Source: Caldisericaceae bacterium (GTDB lineage: Bacteria > Caldisericota > Caldisericia > Caldisericales > Caldisericaceae). From it: a stretch of 60,277 bases of DNA. The stretch is taken from contig JBMFRX010000008.1 of NCBI GenBank assembly GCA_049967855.1, positions 1 to 60,277 of the forward strand, read 5' to 3'. This document shows positions 19,348 to 29,327 of the stretch, piece after piece. The notes below the pieces were generated by a model. It was not told the DNA's origin. It was given only the letters and a program-made list of their open reading frames with translations, and made no database searches. Positions within the stretch are counted from its first letter, which is position 1. Each line of letters starts with the position of its first letter. Both the position numbers and the translations under genes were made by a program.

Positions 19348-20598
19348 TCACTTTATATATGAAAGACCTTCATAAAGAGGGAATGCTGAAGTCAATTCTT
19401 TAACTTCATTTCTTGCCTCATTAAGTTTGGCTTCGTCGTTTCTATTCACTATGGCTTTGTCGATAATTCCTGCAATTATCTCCATATGTTCTTCTTTCAT
19501 TCCTCGCGTCGTGAGAGCAGGCGAACCGAGCCTCAGGCCACTTGTTTGCGTTGGTGGTAGCGGATCAAACGGTATAGCTTCTTTATTAGTAGTAATACCT
19601 ATTGTGTCGAGTAGTACTTCGGCTTCTTTTCCTGTGATATTTTTGCTTCTCAAGTCCACAGAAATAAGATGGTTATCAGTGCCACCCGTTATGAGACGGT
19701 ATCCTTTCTTTGTTAAGGCTTCTCCAAGCGCCTTCGCGTTCTTCAAAACCTGTTTCTGATAATCTGCGAATTCTTCTGTAGAGGCAAGTTTAAGGGCAAT
19801 TGCTTTTGCAGCAATAATGTGCTCAAGAGGGCCACCCTGGATACCAGGGAAAACAGATTTATTAAGAATCTTCTCATACTCTTTTTTGAAAAGTATCATT
19901 CCTCCGCGCGGACCTCTGAGGGTCTTGTGGGTAGTTGTAGTTACAAAATCAGCATATGGTACTGGTGATGGATGAAGTTTTGTGGCGACAAGCCCTGCTA
20001 TGTGTGCAATATCAGCCATAAGAAAAGCTCCGACAGATTTAGCTATTGTTTCGAATTTCTCAAAATCTATGAATCTCGGGTAGCAGCTTGCTCCAGCCAC
20101 AATTACCTTTGGCTTATATTGCCTTGCGATGTCTTCAAGAGCGTTATAATCGATAAGCTCTGTGTCTTTGTCAACACCATAATGAACGGCATTGAAGTAC
20201 TTGCCTGTGATGCTCACAGGACTCCCATGGCTCAGGTGTCCTCCAGCGTTCAAGTCCATTCCCAGGAGCGTATCTCCTGGATTCATTGTGGCAAAATAAA
20301 CCCCAAAATTTGCCTGAGTTCCTGAATGCGGCTGAACGTTTGCGCCTTCTGCTCCAAAAAGCTCTTTTGCTCTCTGTATAGCAAGTGACTCCACCACATC
20401 AACATATTCACAACCACCGTAGTATCGTCTGTTAGGGTATCCTTCAGCATATTTATTGGTTAAAACAGAACCTGCTGCTTCAAGCACTGCCTCGTTTACA
20501 AAATTCTCAGATGCTATGAGTTCAAGCCTATTTCTCTGCCTGTCCAACTCGTGCTGCATTGCTTCAGCAATTTCGCTGTCAACTTCAAATATTCTCAT
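19348..20598 (-). CDS. glyA: Serine hydroxymethyltransferase
   Basis: [36 protein letters not shown]. Confidence 0.98.
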   Translation of the reverse strand: MRIFEVDSEIAEAMQHELDRQRNRLELIASENFVNEAVLEAAGSVLTNKYAEGYPNRRYYGGCEYVDVVESLAIQRAKELFGAEGANVQPHSGTQANFGVYFATMNPGDTLLGMDLNAGGHLSHGSPVSITGKYFNAVHYGVDKDTELIDYNALEDIARQYKPKVIVAGASCYPRFIDFEKFETIAKSVGAFLMADIAHIAGLVATKLHPSPVPYADFVTTTTHKTLRGPRGGMILFKKEYEKILNKSVFPGIQGGPLEHIIAAKAIALKLASTEEFADYQKQVLKNAKALGEALTKKGYRLITGGTDNHLISVDLRSKNITGKEAEVLLDTIGITTNKEAIPFDPLPPTQTSGLRLGSPALTTRGMKEEHMEIIAGIIDKAIVNRNDEAKLNEARNEVKELTSAFPLYEGLSYIK

Positions 20599-20667
20599 TT
20601 TTTCCTCCCCAATAAGTTTAATACAGTTTACCTAAAAATCAAATAGTTTACAAACCTTTTATTAATT

Positions 20668-21333
20668 TTAGCTTACAACCTTCGAAAGCGCAATGAAAGA
20701 AATATTACCGCTCACTTTTTTTCTTAGTACCTTCAGAATCTCGTTTGCCGTGGTTCCAGTTGTATAGACATCGTCAATTATTATTACATCCCCCTTCACG
20801 TTTTCACCCAAAGCAAATGCATTAGCAAGATTCGAAAGCCTTTCAGACTTCTTAAGTCCAAGCTGCCTTTTAGTGTCACGAATTTTTTGAATTCCATAAA
20901 AGGGTTTTGCACCAATGCTTTTAGATACAGTTGTCGCAAGTAGCTCCGTTTGATTGAAACTTCTCTTCAAAAGTTCTCTTCTTGTCATTGGCACAAATCC
21001 AACATAGTCTGCGCTGATTGATTGTGAGGCAATGAATTGTACGATAATCTCTGCAAATTCCTCAGAAAGGATTTTGTTATTCTTGAACTTGAACTTTTTG
21101 ATTGCATCCTCCATCACGCCCTCATAAGCAGTTATAGCAAAAACGGTTACATTTCCTGCCCTTTCTACCAAAGGATAATCAAGGTATTTAATTTTTTGCT
21201 TGCATTCTTCACAGAGATATTTTTTTTCTAACTTCCTGTTGCATACAACGCAGAAGTGCGGAAAGAAAAGTTCCTCAAAAAAGTTATTCAGTTTGTAGTA
21301 AGGAGTAAAGGAGCTCAAAGTTTTCTTTTGCAC
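20668..21333 (-). CDS. comF: ComF family phosphoribosyltransferase-like protein (start uncertain)
   Basis: CVVC/CEEC zinc ribbon, RSFNQ, IIDDVYTTGTT. Confidence 0.85.
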   Translation of the reverse strand: MQKKTLSSFTPYYKLNNFFEELFFPHFCVVCNRKLEKKYLCEECKQKIKYLDYPLVERAGNVTVFAITAYEGVMEDAIKKFKFKNNKILSEEFAEIIVQFIASQSISADYVGFVPMTRRELLKRSFNQTELLATTVSKSIGAKPFYGIQKIRDTKRQLGLKKSERLSNLANAFALGENVKGDVIIIDDVYTTGTTANEILKVLRKKVSGNISFIALSKVVS

Positions 21334-22303
21334 GCTGTTTTAATTCCTTAGCCTTTGCCTGAATTTGAGACTTTTTATCTTCATAGCTGCACAAGACTTC
21401 CTCCAACGATTGCTCAAGCTTCTCCAACGACAAATTTCCGTAAGGAAGAGCTTTCTCGCCAAATTCATCTGCAAGGTTCGTCACTTTCGGGTCATAAGAG
21501 AGAGCTATGAACGGAACATTTTTAGCAGAGGACAACACCACAGAATGGTATCTCGTCCCAACAACCATATAAGCATTCCTTATTATGAAAGCTGCTTGTG
21601 CAATGCTTGATGGCAGCAACAAAGGCATCCCGGTGATACTTGATATATCTTCAACCAACTTACCATCAAAGCTGCCGAATAAAGGCATCAGCAAAACATT
21701 TTTACCTGTCTTTCTACTGATTGTGTAAACAATGTTTACAAGCTCATCCAAAGTTGGTGTATTTCTTGTTTTGGCAGGGGCAAAAACAGTGTAATCTTTG
21801 AAAGGAAGAGATGCAGATTCCTCGTCTTCAAAGAGAAATCCAAGATCAGCAGTTACGGCGATTTTGCTTTTGTCAATTTTGCCGCTTGCAATATCAAAAG
21901 AGTAGGAGTCCCTGACTGTTGCCAAATCAACACTCGCTAAAACTCTTCTTGCTAAATATAAGTTGAGTCTATGTTTGATTGGTCCTATCCCCTGAGCAAG
22001 AACAACAGTTTTTTTGTGGAGCTTCTGTGCATAATAAATCAACGCAAGATAGTAGTAAAGGCTTTTTGAACTTGTCGCATCTTGCAATAAACCTCCTCCT
22101 CCGCTAATCAATACATCTGTTGCTCTGATTGCACTTGCAACACTTTTCAGGTTGTTCCTTTCAAATTCATCATTGTTTTTAGGGGATTTAACAAGAGAGT
22201 AAACCTCAAAGCCTTTCTTTGAAAGCTCCTTACTGAGGACAGAGTATATAATTTCATCGCCTGTGTTGCCAAATCCAAAATAACCCGAAAGAAGAATTTT
22301 CAA
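21284..22303 (-). CDS. csaB: Polysaccharide pyruvyl transferase CsaB
   Basis: SGYFGFGNTGDE, SGGGGLLQDATS, AQGIGP, TVRD, RYH, SYDPKV. Confidence 0.92.
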   Translation of the reverse strand: MKILLSGYFGFGNTGDEIIYSVLSKELSKKGFEVYSLVKSPKNNDEFERNNLKSVASAIRATDVLISGGGGLLQDATSSKSLYYYLALIYYAQKLHKKTVVLAQGIGPIKHRLNLYLARRVLASVDLATVRDSYSFDIASGKIDKSKIAVTADLGFLFEDEESASLPFKDYTVFAPAKTRNTPTLDELVNIVYTISRKTGKNVLLMPLFGSFDGKLVEDISSITGMPLLLPSSIAQAAFIIRNAYMVVGTRYHSVVLSSAKNVPFIALSYDPKVTNLADEFGEKALPYGNLSLEKLEQSLEEVLCSYEDKKSQIQAKAKELKQRAKENFELLYSLLQTE

Positions 22304-23748
22304 TCATTCACCTTCCCAAAAAGTATCCTCACTGAGTATATGAAAAGATTACACGTCCTTCTGATACGAGCAGGTTGCGTAACTGTCCTGTAAAGCCACT
22401 CCAGTCCTAATTTTCTAATGAGGTAAGGCGCTCTCTTTACTTTGCCAGCCCAAACATCATAAGAGCCACCTATACCAATATTCAAAGGCACGTTTAAGGA
22501 CTTATGTTCCATAATCCATTTCTCTTGCTTTATTCCTCCCATTCCTACAAATAGAATATCGGGAGACAAATCCTGTATTGCCTTAATTACGTCATCTTCG
22601 CAATCCTTTAAGTAGCCGTGGTGCATACCCACTACATTAAGGTTCGGGAAGCTCATCTTTATCTTCGCAACGGCTTTTTCAAGTACTTCCGTATGTGCTC
22701 CAAGGAAAAAGACAGAATATCCCTTTTTCTCTGCTCTTTTTAGAAGCTCCCATGCAAATTCAATGCCTGGAACTCTATAATTGATACGCTCTCCAAAACG
22801 CCTTGCCCCCCATATCACGCCAATCCCGTCTGGGATGACAAGGTCGCTTTCTCTCAGTATTTTGAGAAAATCTCTGTCGTTGAGAGCCTTTGATGCCATT
22901 TCTCCGTTTAATGTAACAACGATATGGAAACCTTTTTTCTCTACAAACCCCTGGGCAACTTCAAGAGTTGACTCAATATTCCTGTTGGAAACTCTGATAC
23001 CAAGAAAATTGACTTCTTCCTTAACTGTTTTGTTCTCTCGATATTTTGCGACAAGCAAAAGGAACTTCGGGAGTTTCATTATTCGAGGAAGTCTTTTTGG
23101 GTCAAGCACAAATCTGTAGAGCCACTCAAGACCAAGAGCCTGAATAATCTTCGGTGCTCTTCTAAATTCGCCTGCATAGACATTAAAACTGCCACCTACT
23201 CCCATTGAGAATTTCGCTCCCAGTTCCTTAAGGTTGTTAAAAATGAACTTTTCTTGTTTTGGAGAACCCATACCTACAAAAATGACGTCAGGTGCTTTCA
23301 ACCTGATTTCATTCACCACCGCTTCATCATCGCTAAAAAAGCCATTGTGGTATCCTTTTATTACAAGTGAAGGATAAAGCTTTCCTATATTATAAACAGC
23401 TTTCTCAATACTTGGCTGTTCCGCTCCAAGAAAGTAGACACTCAGTTTCTTGGTCTCTGCAATCTTTAGCACCTCACCCATAAGGTCAATTCCAGTTATG
23501 CGCTGTTTGATTCTCTTATGGCGAAAAATCCGCAGAGCCCAGGCAACCCCTACTCCGTCAACAAAGTTTAGGTCGCTTGATTTAATGATTAGTGAAAGCT
23601 CAGCGTCATTTACTGCCTTCATCAATTTCTCAGGATTGATAGCAACAGAAAAATGCTGGGATTCACTATCCAGAAAACTCTCTATTCTTTGAAGAGCCTC
23701 TTCTTTTGTTAAGCTATCGACAGGAAAACCAAGGATGCTTTCTCTCAT
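22300..23748 (-). CDS. Two-domain WecB/TagA/CpsF (GT26) glycosyltransferase
   Basis: Two complete copies of N.E / DG.GV / R..G / GMG..KQE / G.GGS / RAP..LEWLYR; domain boundary near 23019. Confidence 0.92.
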   Translation of the reverse strand: MRESILGFPVDSLTKEEALQRIESFLDSESQHFSVAINPEKLMKAVNDAELSLIIKSSDLNFVDGVGVAWALRIFRHKRIKQRITGIDLMGEVLKIAETKKLSVYFLGAEQPSIEKAVYNIGKLYPSLVIKGYHNGFFSDDEAVVNEIRLKAPDVIFVGMGSPKQEKFIFNNLKELGAKFSMGVGGSFNVYAGEFRRAPKIIQALGLEWLYRFVLDPKRLPRIMKLPKFLLLVAKYRENKTVKEEVNFLGIRVSNRNIESTLEVAQGFVEKKGFHIVVTLNGEMASKALNDRDFLKILRESDLVIPDGIGVIWGARRFGERINYRVPGIEFAWELLKRAEKKGYSVFFLGAHTEVLEKAVAKIKMSFPNLNVVGMHHGYLKDCEDDVIKAIQDLSPDILFVGMGGIKQEKWIMEHKSLNVPLNIGIGGSYDVWAGKVKRAPYLIRKLGLEWLYRTVTQPARIRRTCNLFIYSVRILFGKVND

Positions 23749-25037
23749 ATCGTAAGGTAAATGAAACCCAATCGAGTTGCTTTTTCCTTATCAAACAATC
23801 GTTTTGCGTCAAACAGAACAGGAGATTCTTTCATCAAGTCCCGCATTCTTTGAATATCGTAAGAGATTTCATTCTGGCGAATTGGTATCACCACAACATC
23901 TGCCTTTTCAACCGACCGCTCAAAAGAGTCTACCCTGTCTGGTAAATTCGACTTAACATTTGGGTCAAACCATCTTATTTTTACCCCCCTATTGCGTAAT
24001 TCATCCATTAAATGCAAAGTTGGCGACTCAGATACATCAGAAGAATTATCCTTCATAGCGATGCCAACAAAAGCAACGGTGCTTTCTCTCACGTCTTTAC
24101 CTATTGTCGTAAGAGTTCTTTCAATCATATTGGCAATTTCCACAGGCCTTTCGTCGTTGACGTTTCTCGCTGAATGCAATAGATCCATTTTCAGTCCCAT
24201 CTTATCTGATTTATAGAAAATATATTTTGAAGAATAAGGTATGCAGTGGCCTCCCACTCCAATCCCTGGCGAAAGCAGTTTAACTCTCTTGTGAGTATTG
24301 GCAACCCTGATAACCTCCATAACATCCAATCCCAGGTGTTCAGTAAAAGTGGCAAGCTCATTTACGAGGGCAATGTTAACGTCTCGCGAACTGTTCTCAA
24401 TTACTTTAGATACTTCCACAATCTCTGGAGAGGAGGCCTCGATTACATCTTTGTTTATAATATTCAATAGACTCTTCGCTCTTCTTGTGCTCTCCGCATC
24501 AATACCAGCCACTGCAATCGGCATAGTCTGAAATTCATCAAAAGCATTTCCTTCAGCAATGCGCTCTGAGGAGTATGCAAGATAGAAATCTTTGCCGCAA
24601 ACCAAATTAGTTTCCCTTTGCAGGATTGGAAGAGCTACTTCGCGTGTTGTTCCCGGTGGTACGGTTGACCTTATCAAGACAAGGTCTCCTTTTTTAAGAT
24701 TTTTGCCAATTTGCTGAATAGCATTTTCAAATACTTCAGTTTTAACTGAGCTACCCTCAATTGGAATCCCAACAGTAACAACGATTTCACTCACGTTTGC
24801 CATTGCTTCTTCGGAAGACGTTGTAGGAACAAACAAACCTTTCTCAATGCTTGCTTTCAGAATTTCTTCAATTGTTTTGCCTTTATAATCTTCAAGAATG
24901 TGAGTCTTGTACTGCCTGAGGCTATTTAAATAGTCCTCGTTGATATCAACGCCATAAACCTTGACTCCGTAAAGTGAGTATGTAAGGGAAAGCGGAAGTC
25001 CCACAAAACCTAATCCAAAAACTGCTATGCTTTTCAA
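23745..25037 (-). CDS. Nucleotide-sugar dehydrogenase, UDP-ManNAc dehydrogenase (WecC)-like
   Basis: GLGFVG, RSTVPPGTT, ERIAEG, KVIEN..RDVNIA, GVGGHCIP; TTG start at 25037 behind AGGAGG. Confidence 0.88.
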   Translation of the reverse strand: MKSIAVFGLGFVGLPLSLTYSLYGVKVYGVDINEDYLNSLRQYKTHILEDYKGKTIEEILKASIEKGLFVPTTSSEEAMANVSEIVVTVGIPIEGSSVKTEVFENAIQQIGKNLKKGDLVLIRSTVPPGTTREVALPILQRETNLVCGKDFYLAYSSERIAEGNAFDEFQTMPIAVAGIDAESTRRAKSLLNIINKDVIEASSPEIVEVSKVIENSSRDVNIALVNELATFTEHLGLDVMEVIRVANTHKRVKLLSPGIGVGGHCIPYSSKYIFYKSDKMGLKMDLLHSARNVNDERPVEIANMIERTLTTIGKDVRESTVAFVGIAMKDNSSDVSESPTLHLMDELRNRGVKIRWFDPNVKSNLPDRVDSFERSVEKADVVVIPIRQNEISYDIQRMRDLMKESPVLFDAKRLFDKEKATRLGFIYLTI

Positions 25038-25180
25038 TTTATACCTCCTAAAACAATTCAAACATATTTTACTTATTTTGCTCAATATAGCAAGACTTTT
25101 AAAACTTTCACCTCATAAAGCATAGGCAAAGTGAAATAAATTGCAGATTTGAGGCAACAAACTTGGCCGCAGTGATTCCT

Positions 25181-25208
25181 TTGACTTTTTTACAGATAAA
25201 TATAGAAT
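25181..25208 (+). promoter_or_regulatory. Sigma70-type promoter for the lipM-like gene
   Basis: TTGACT, 16 nt, TAGAAT, ending 10 nt before the ATG. Confidence 0.55.
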
Positions 25209-25218
25209 ATATTCTTGT

Positions 25219-26019
25219 ATGTACAGGTTTATTGATACTACTTTGAATAACGGAGCAATGAATATGGCAATTGATGAAGCCCTCCTTTTAGGACAGGCCA
25301 ATTATGGTTTGCCACCAGCTGTGAGAATCTACCAATTTGATCCTGCGACACTTTCCATAGGATACTTTCAAAGAATAGAAAAGGAAGTTGATATCGATTA
25401 TTGCAAACGCAGAGGGTTTGATATTGTAAGAAGACCCACTGGTGGAAGAGCGGTACTTCACGACAAAGAGCTCACCTATAGCATAACAATTGCTTACCCA
25501 CACAGAATTCTCGAGATGAACCTGCTTGATTCTTTTCATTTCTTGTCAAAAGGTATCATCAAGGCAATAGAAGTTCTCGGAGGCAAAGCTTACTTCTCCA
25601 GGAGAGAGGACAATGAAATAAATTCATCTTCATGCTTTGCTGCACCTACTTTTTCCGATATACTCATCGATGGTAAAAAGGTTGTTGGTTCTGCGCAGAT
25701 GAGAAATAAGTTCGGCTTGATTCAGCATGGTTCTATACTCTACGATGTCGACCTGAACGACATTTTCCATTGTATAAAAATCGAAGATAGCCAACGCGAC
25801 AAAATCATTTCGCTTGCCAGCAAAAAGATCACTTCGCTTAACAGCGAACTCAAAAGGAAAGTTCCGCTTGATGAACTGAAAAGGGCATTCAAAGTCGGAA
25901 TGCAGAATGTACTGCAAGAGGAATTTGTCGATTCATCAATGGATGAGCGTGAATTGAAAATGGCACAACGTTTATTTGAAGAAAAATACAATACTCACGA
26001 ATGGAATTTTAAAAGATAG
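25219..26019 (+). CDS. Lipoate-protein ligase family protein (LipM-like octanoyltransferase)
   Basis: NMAIDEALL, LSIGYFQ, RRPTGGRAVLHD, GKKVVGSAQ, QHGS; no LplA C-terminal domain. Confidence 0.88.
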   Translation: MYRFIDTTLNNGAMNMAIDEALLLGQANYGLPPAVRIYQFDPATLSIGYFQRIEKEVDIDYCKRRGFDIVRRPTGGRAVLHDKELTYSITIAYPHRILEMNLLDSFHFLSKGIIKAIEVLGGKAYFSRREDNEINSSSCFAAPTFSDILIDGKKVVGSAQMRNKFGLIQHGSILYDVDLNDIFHCIKIEDSQRDKIISLASKKITSLNSELKRKVPLDELKRAFKVGMQNVLQEEFVDSSMDERELKMAQRLFEEKYNTHEWNFKR

Positions 26020-26053
26020 CTATTTTTGCTAAAATATATAAAGAGGTGTTTAA

Positions 26054-27697
26054 ATGGGAAAAGAAAGTAAAGTTAGAGAGTTACGAAGAAAAGGAGTTAT
26101 TGCTCCTGTTAAAACAAAACCCAGGAATTTGAAATGGTTAAAAATTCTTGTCCTGGTTGTGCTGGTAATAGTAGTGCTCTTCTCTGGCCTGAGAATTTGG
26201 GGCTATGTTGAAAGAGACGTCGCAGCAAAAGTTGGCAGCGAAACAATCAAGCAAAGCGACGTAGATTCACAACTCAAATATTATGTACAGATGTACTCGC
26301 AATACGGCATAGACCTCAATTCTAGCAAGTACGCTTCGATGAAGGATAATCTAGCTCAAAGCATACTTAATAACATGATTGAAGAGTCTCTGCTTGTTCA
26401 ATATGCTAAGGCACATAATATAACTTACGATAAAGCAACATTTGATAAGAATATGCAAGACCAGATTAATCAAATCATTACTCAGGGTGAAACAAACAAC
26501 GGTAAAGACAATTTTGCGAGCCTCGTTGATGCTCAGTACGGCTCAATGGATGCATACAAGGCTCACCTCACAACTGTCCTTACGCCTTATGTGGAGCGTC
26601 CTCTTTTGAAAGATGCCGTCCTCAACGAGCAATACAAAAGTATCAATATTACGGATGCCGATGTTAAGAACTATTTCAATTCAACAGGTCAGGTAGATGC
26701 TGAACATTTTCTTGTTGAAGTGAACACAAAGACAGCGTCAAAAAAAGATATTGCAAATGCTAAGAAGATTGCTGATGACTTTTACCAGTCAGTTATTGAC
26801 GAACAGAAGAAACTCGGCAATAAGTTCGATTTCGCTACTCTCGCAAAAGCAAAGGCAGATGAACTTAACAAAGATAAGGCAAAAACAGGTATCGAAGTTG
26901 CTCGATATGAGTCGCTTGGATACTTCAAAAAGGGTTCTATGGTGAAGCCTTTTGAAGAAGCCTGCTTTGACCCAAACAACAAAGTTGGCTCCATTGTAGG
27001 GCCAATTGAAACTGAATTTGGTTTTCACGTGATACACATTCTTGGTAAAAAACCTGTTAGCGATAATTACGACACACCTGCCCAGTCAAATGTAAGGTTA
27101 GTGCTGATAAAATTTACCGCAGGAGACACCAAATCTGAAGATGCGGCCAAAATGAGTGCAAACAGCATTGCTATTCAAACGAAAAAGAACCTGAGTTTCA
27201 CCGAAGCTGTAAAGAACTTCTCTCAAGATGATACTACAAAAGCCAAAAACGGAGAGACGGGCTTCTTCACAGAAACTGACAGGCCAGAGATTTTTGCAGC
27301 AGCCCAGAAGCTCAAACCAGGAGAAATAGCAGGACCCATAAAGACAACAGGCGGGTATGCGGTAATACAGCTCATACAAAATAAGCCTGCAGTTAAAGCA
27401 AGCCTTTCTGACAAGGCAACGTTTGATAAAGTCAAATCAGACCTTGAAGCTGAAAAAAAGACTGAAATCGAAACTAACTTTGTTAACCAACTCAAGAAAC
27501 AGTACGGGGTACGCACAACAAACCCATGGAGGTCATTTGCCGCATTTATGAACACTCATTTTGGAAAGCAATGGAGCAGCTTCGTTGCCTGGTGGAATTC
27601 TGCAACTGGAAGGACAACAACTTCAACTCCATCAACAACAACAACTCCATCTGGTACAACTCCTTCACAGCCACTTGCGCCAGTTAGTGGAAGCTAA
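26054..27697 (+). CDS. Membrane-anchored PrsA/SurA-like foldase with two parvulin PPIase domains
   Basis: N-terminal TM, SurA_N-like region, EHFLV..MVKPFEEACF..GPIETEFGFHVI, second domain SQD..GETGFF..GPIKTTGGYAVI, Thr/Pro/Ser tail. Confidence 0.85.
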   Translation: MGKESKVRELRRKGVIAPVKTKPRNLKWLKILVLVVLVIVVLFSGLRIWGYVERDVAAKVGSETIKQSDVDSQLKYYVQMYSQYGIDLNSSKYASMKDNLAQSILNNMIEESLLVQYAKAHNITYDKATFDKNMQDQINQIITQGETNNGKDNFASLVDAQYGSMDAYKAHLTTVLTPYVERPLLKDAVLNEQYKSINITDADVKNYFNSTGQVDAEHFLVEVNTKTASKKDIANAKKIADDFYQSVIDEQKKLGNKFDFATLAKAKADELNKDKAKTGIEVARYESLGYFKKGSMVKPFEEACFDPNNKVGSIVGPIETEFGFHVIHILGKKPVSDNYDTPAQSNVRLVLIKFTAGDTKSEDAAKMSANSIAIQTKKNLSFTEAVKNFSQDDTTKAKNGETGFFTETDRPEIFAAAQKLKPGEIAGPIKTTGGYAVIQLIQNKPAVKASLSDKATFDKVKSDLEAEKKTEIETNFVNQLKKQYGVRTTNPWRSFAAFMNTHFGKQWSSFVAWWNSATGRTTTSTPSTTTTPSGTTPSQPLAPVSGS

Positions 27698-27699
27698 AT

Positions 27700-28512
27700 A
27701 TGATAAAGAAAAAACATAGCCTGAAAAAGATACTTTTGTCTTTATTAATTGCAGTAATTTTAATTGGAGGTATAGCTGCAGCATTTGTAGCATACCTCCT
27801 TCCATGGAAAAATGTTTATGCAACGGTAAATGGCACAAAAGTATACAATTACAGGATGTCTTATGAAATGCTCGAATTTGCCCAGAAATTCAACGTTTCT
27901 CCCACTGCTTTTGTGACAGATGACCCACATTCAAATGCCGCAAGGCAAATGGTAACAGAGAATGCACGCAATGAAACAATGTATACAAGGCTTCTCTATC
28001 TTATGGGCGTAAAAGACGGTTTTACAGCAACTCAGGATGAAGTGGACAATGCAATCGCCTCCTTCAAGAAAACCATTACCCCCTCCAGCGGGCAAACACT
28101 CGAGCAGGCTTACAATGATGAACTAAGTGCAAGAGGCCTTACTGAAAAAGATTACGTTGACTTGCTCAAAGAGAACATCATTGCACAAAAAGAAAAAGAT
28201 AAACTAACGGCAAACGTCACGATAACAGATAAGGAACTAAAATCTTACTTTGATGATTGGGGTTTTGGCTATGACCCCAAAAATCCTGACAGACAAGCAG
28301 TATATGCAAAAAACATAGAGCAGATAAAAAAGGATGCTCTTCTTAACAAGAAAAATGATTATATTGCTTCATACGAGAGGCAGCTTCTTGCAGATAATAT
28401 GAGCGGGATATCTTTCGACAATCCTTACAAGAAATTTATGCGCTGGTGGTATGGAAGTTTCCTCGGCGAGACAATCCCAGACCAATATAAACCGGAGACT
28501 TCAATGGGATGA
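27700..28512 (+). CDS. SurA N-terminal-domain protein without a PPIase domain
   Basis: TM, ATVNGTKV, GFTATQDEVD, LSARGLTE, VTITDKELKSYFD. Confidence 0.75.
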   Translation: MIKKKHSLKKILLSLLIAVILIGGIAAAFVAYLLPWKNVYATVNGTKVYNYRMSYEMLEFAQKFNVSPTAFVTDDPHSNAARQMVTENARNETMYTRLLYLMGVKDGFTATQDEVDNAIASFKKTITPSSGQTLEQAYNDELSARGLTEKDYVDLLKENIIAQKEKDKLTANVTITDKELKSYFDDWGFGYDPKNPDRQAVYAKNIEQIKKDALLNKKNDYIASYERQLLADNMSGISFDNPYKKFMRWWYGSFLGETIPDQYKPETSMG

Positions 28513-29327
28513 AATTGACTAAGATATTCTTGAAATATGTGCTTCCTGTAATTATACTGGTTATCGCGCTGAACATAACCCAGGTCACAGTTACTGATAG
28601 CAAGACGGGGCAGCCTGTTTCTTTTGCTAAGGTTGGATTCTTCAACACAGATATTAATGGCAAGTGTTCTTTTTTGGACGCAGTCTTTACAACGAAACTC
28701 AGCGTTTCAAGAATTGGCTACGAGAATTCAGATTTTAATGTTCCATTTGGCGTTCTATTCAAGAAAATTGATATTCCTCTGACTGAAGCGCCCTTCAACG
28801 AAATATACAACCAGATTTCCAATTACGGCAGCTCATTAGACAACTATCAATACGTGCTTGAGAGTTCAGACAAACAGGCTAAGAGCGCTACCTTAACAAC
28901 AATTACTGCAAAGAAAGACGGGAAAGATTTCTATTTCAAGATGGCGATTTCTGACAATACCGGCACGAAATCTACCGTTGCCATAGTGAAAGGAAATGAT
29001 ATGTACAAAAGCCAAAATGGCGAGCCCCTTGTAGGACCACTTTCAGAGCAGGACAAACAGGATTTCGAGCAAACCAATATTGTGTTTGTGAGCATCCAGG
29101 ATGTGCTTGCTTCAGCTCTTCCATCTGACGAACCATCTTCGATATCCTTCGACAAAAACTCTCTAATAATGAAATGGGGAGATTCTGAAACTTTCAATTT
29201 GATTATCGGCGAGAAGGGTGCCATCGAAAAGATTGCATACACTGAGACCAATTCCCCAATACAAAGGGAAGGAAGCCTTTCCATATCAAGCGGAGGGATT
29301 ACTATATCTGTTGATGAAAACGGATAA
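28509..29327 (+). CDS. Exported protein: carboxypeptidase-regulatory-like N-domain plus beta-rich C-domain
   Basis: VTDSKTGQPV..AKV..TDING..LSVSRIGY pattern; ATGA overlap with the upstream gene. Confidence 0.6.
   Translation: MKLTKIFLKYVLPVIILVIALNITQVTVTDSKTGQPVSFAKVGFFNTDINGKCSFLDAVFTTKLSVSRIGYENSDFNVPFGVLFKKIDIPLTEAPFNEIYNQISNYGSSLDNYQYVLESSDKQAKSATLTTITAKKDGKDFYFKMAISDNTGTKSTVAIVKGNDMYKSQNGEPLVGPLSEQDKQDFEQTNIVFVSIQDVLASALPSDEPSSISFDKNSLIMKWGDSETFNLIIGEKGAIEKIAYTETNSPIQREGSLSISSGGITISVDENG

Noticed and set aside
25141..25160. agatttgaggcaac resembling the IS-end motif
   Set aside because: Short match with the wrong spacing and no other IS features; probably chance
27610..27670. acaacaactccatc-like short repeats
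   Set aside because: Simply encode a Thr/Pro/Ser low-complexity tail
29218..29313. ORF-track N-terminal extensions (also topB 3703, csp 3993, wecC 25085, hisS 35797, M42 52548)
   Set aside because: Downstream starts have better SD sequences and/or avoid long overlaps
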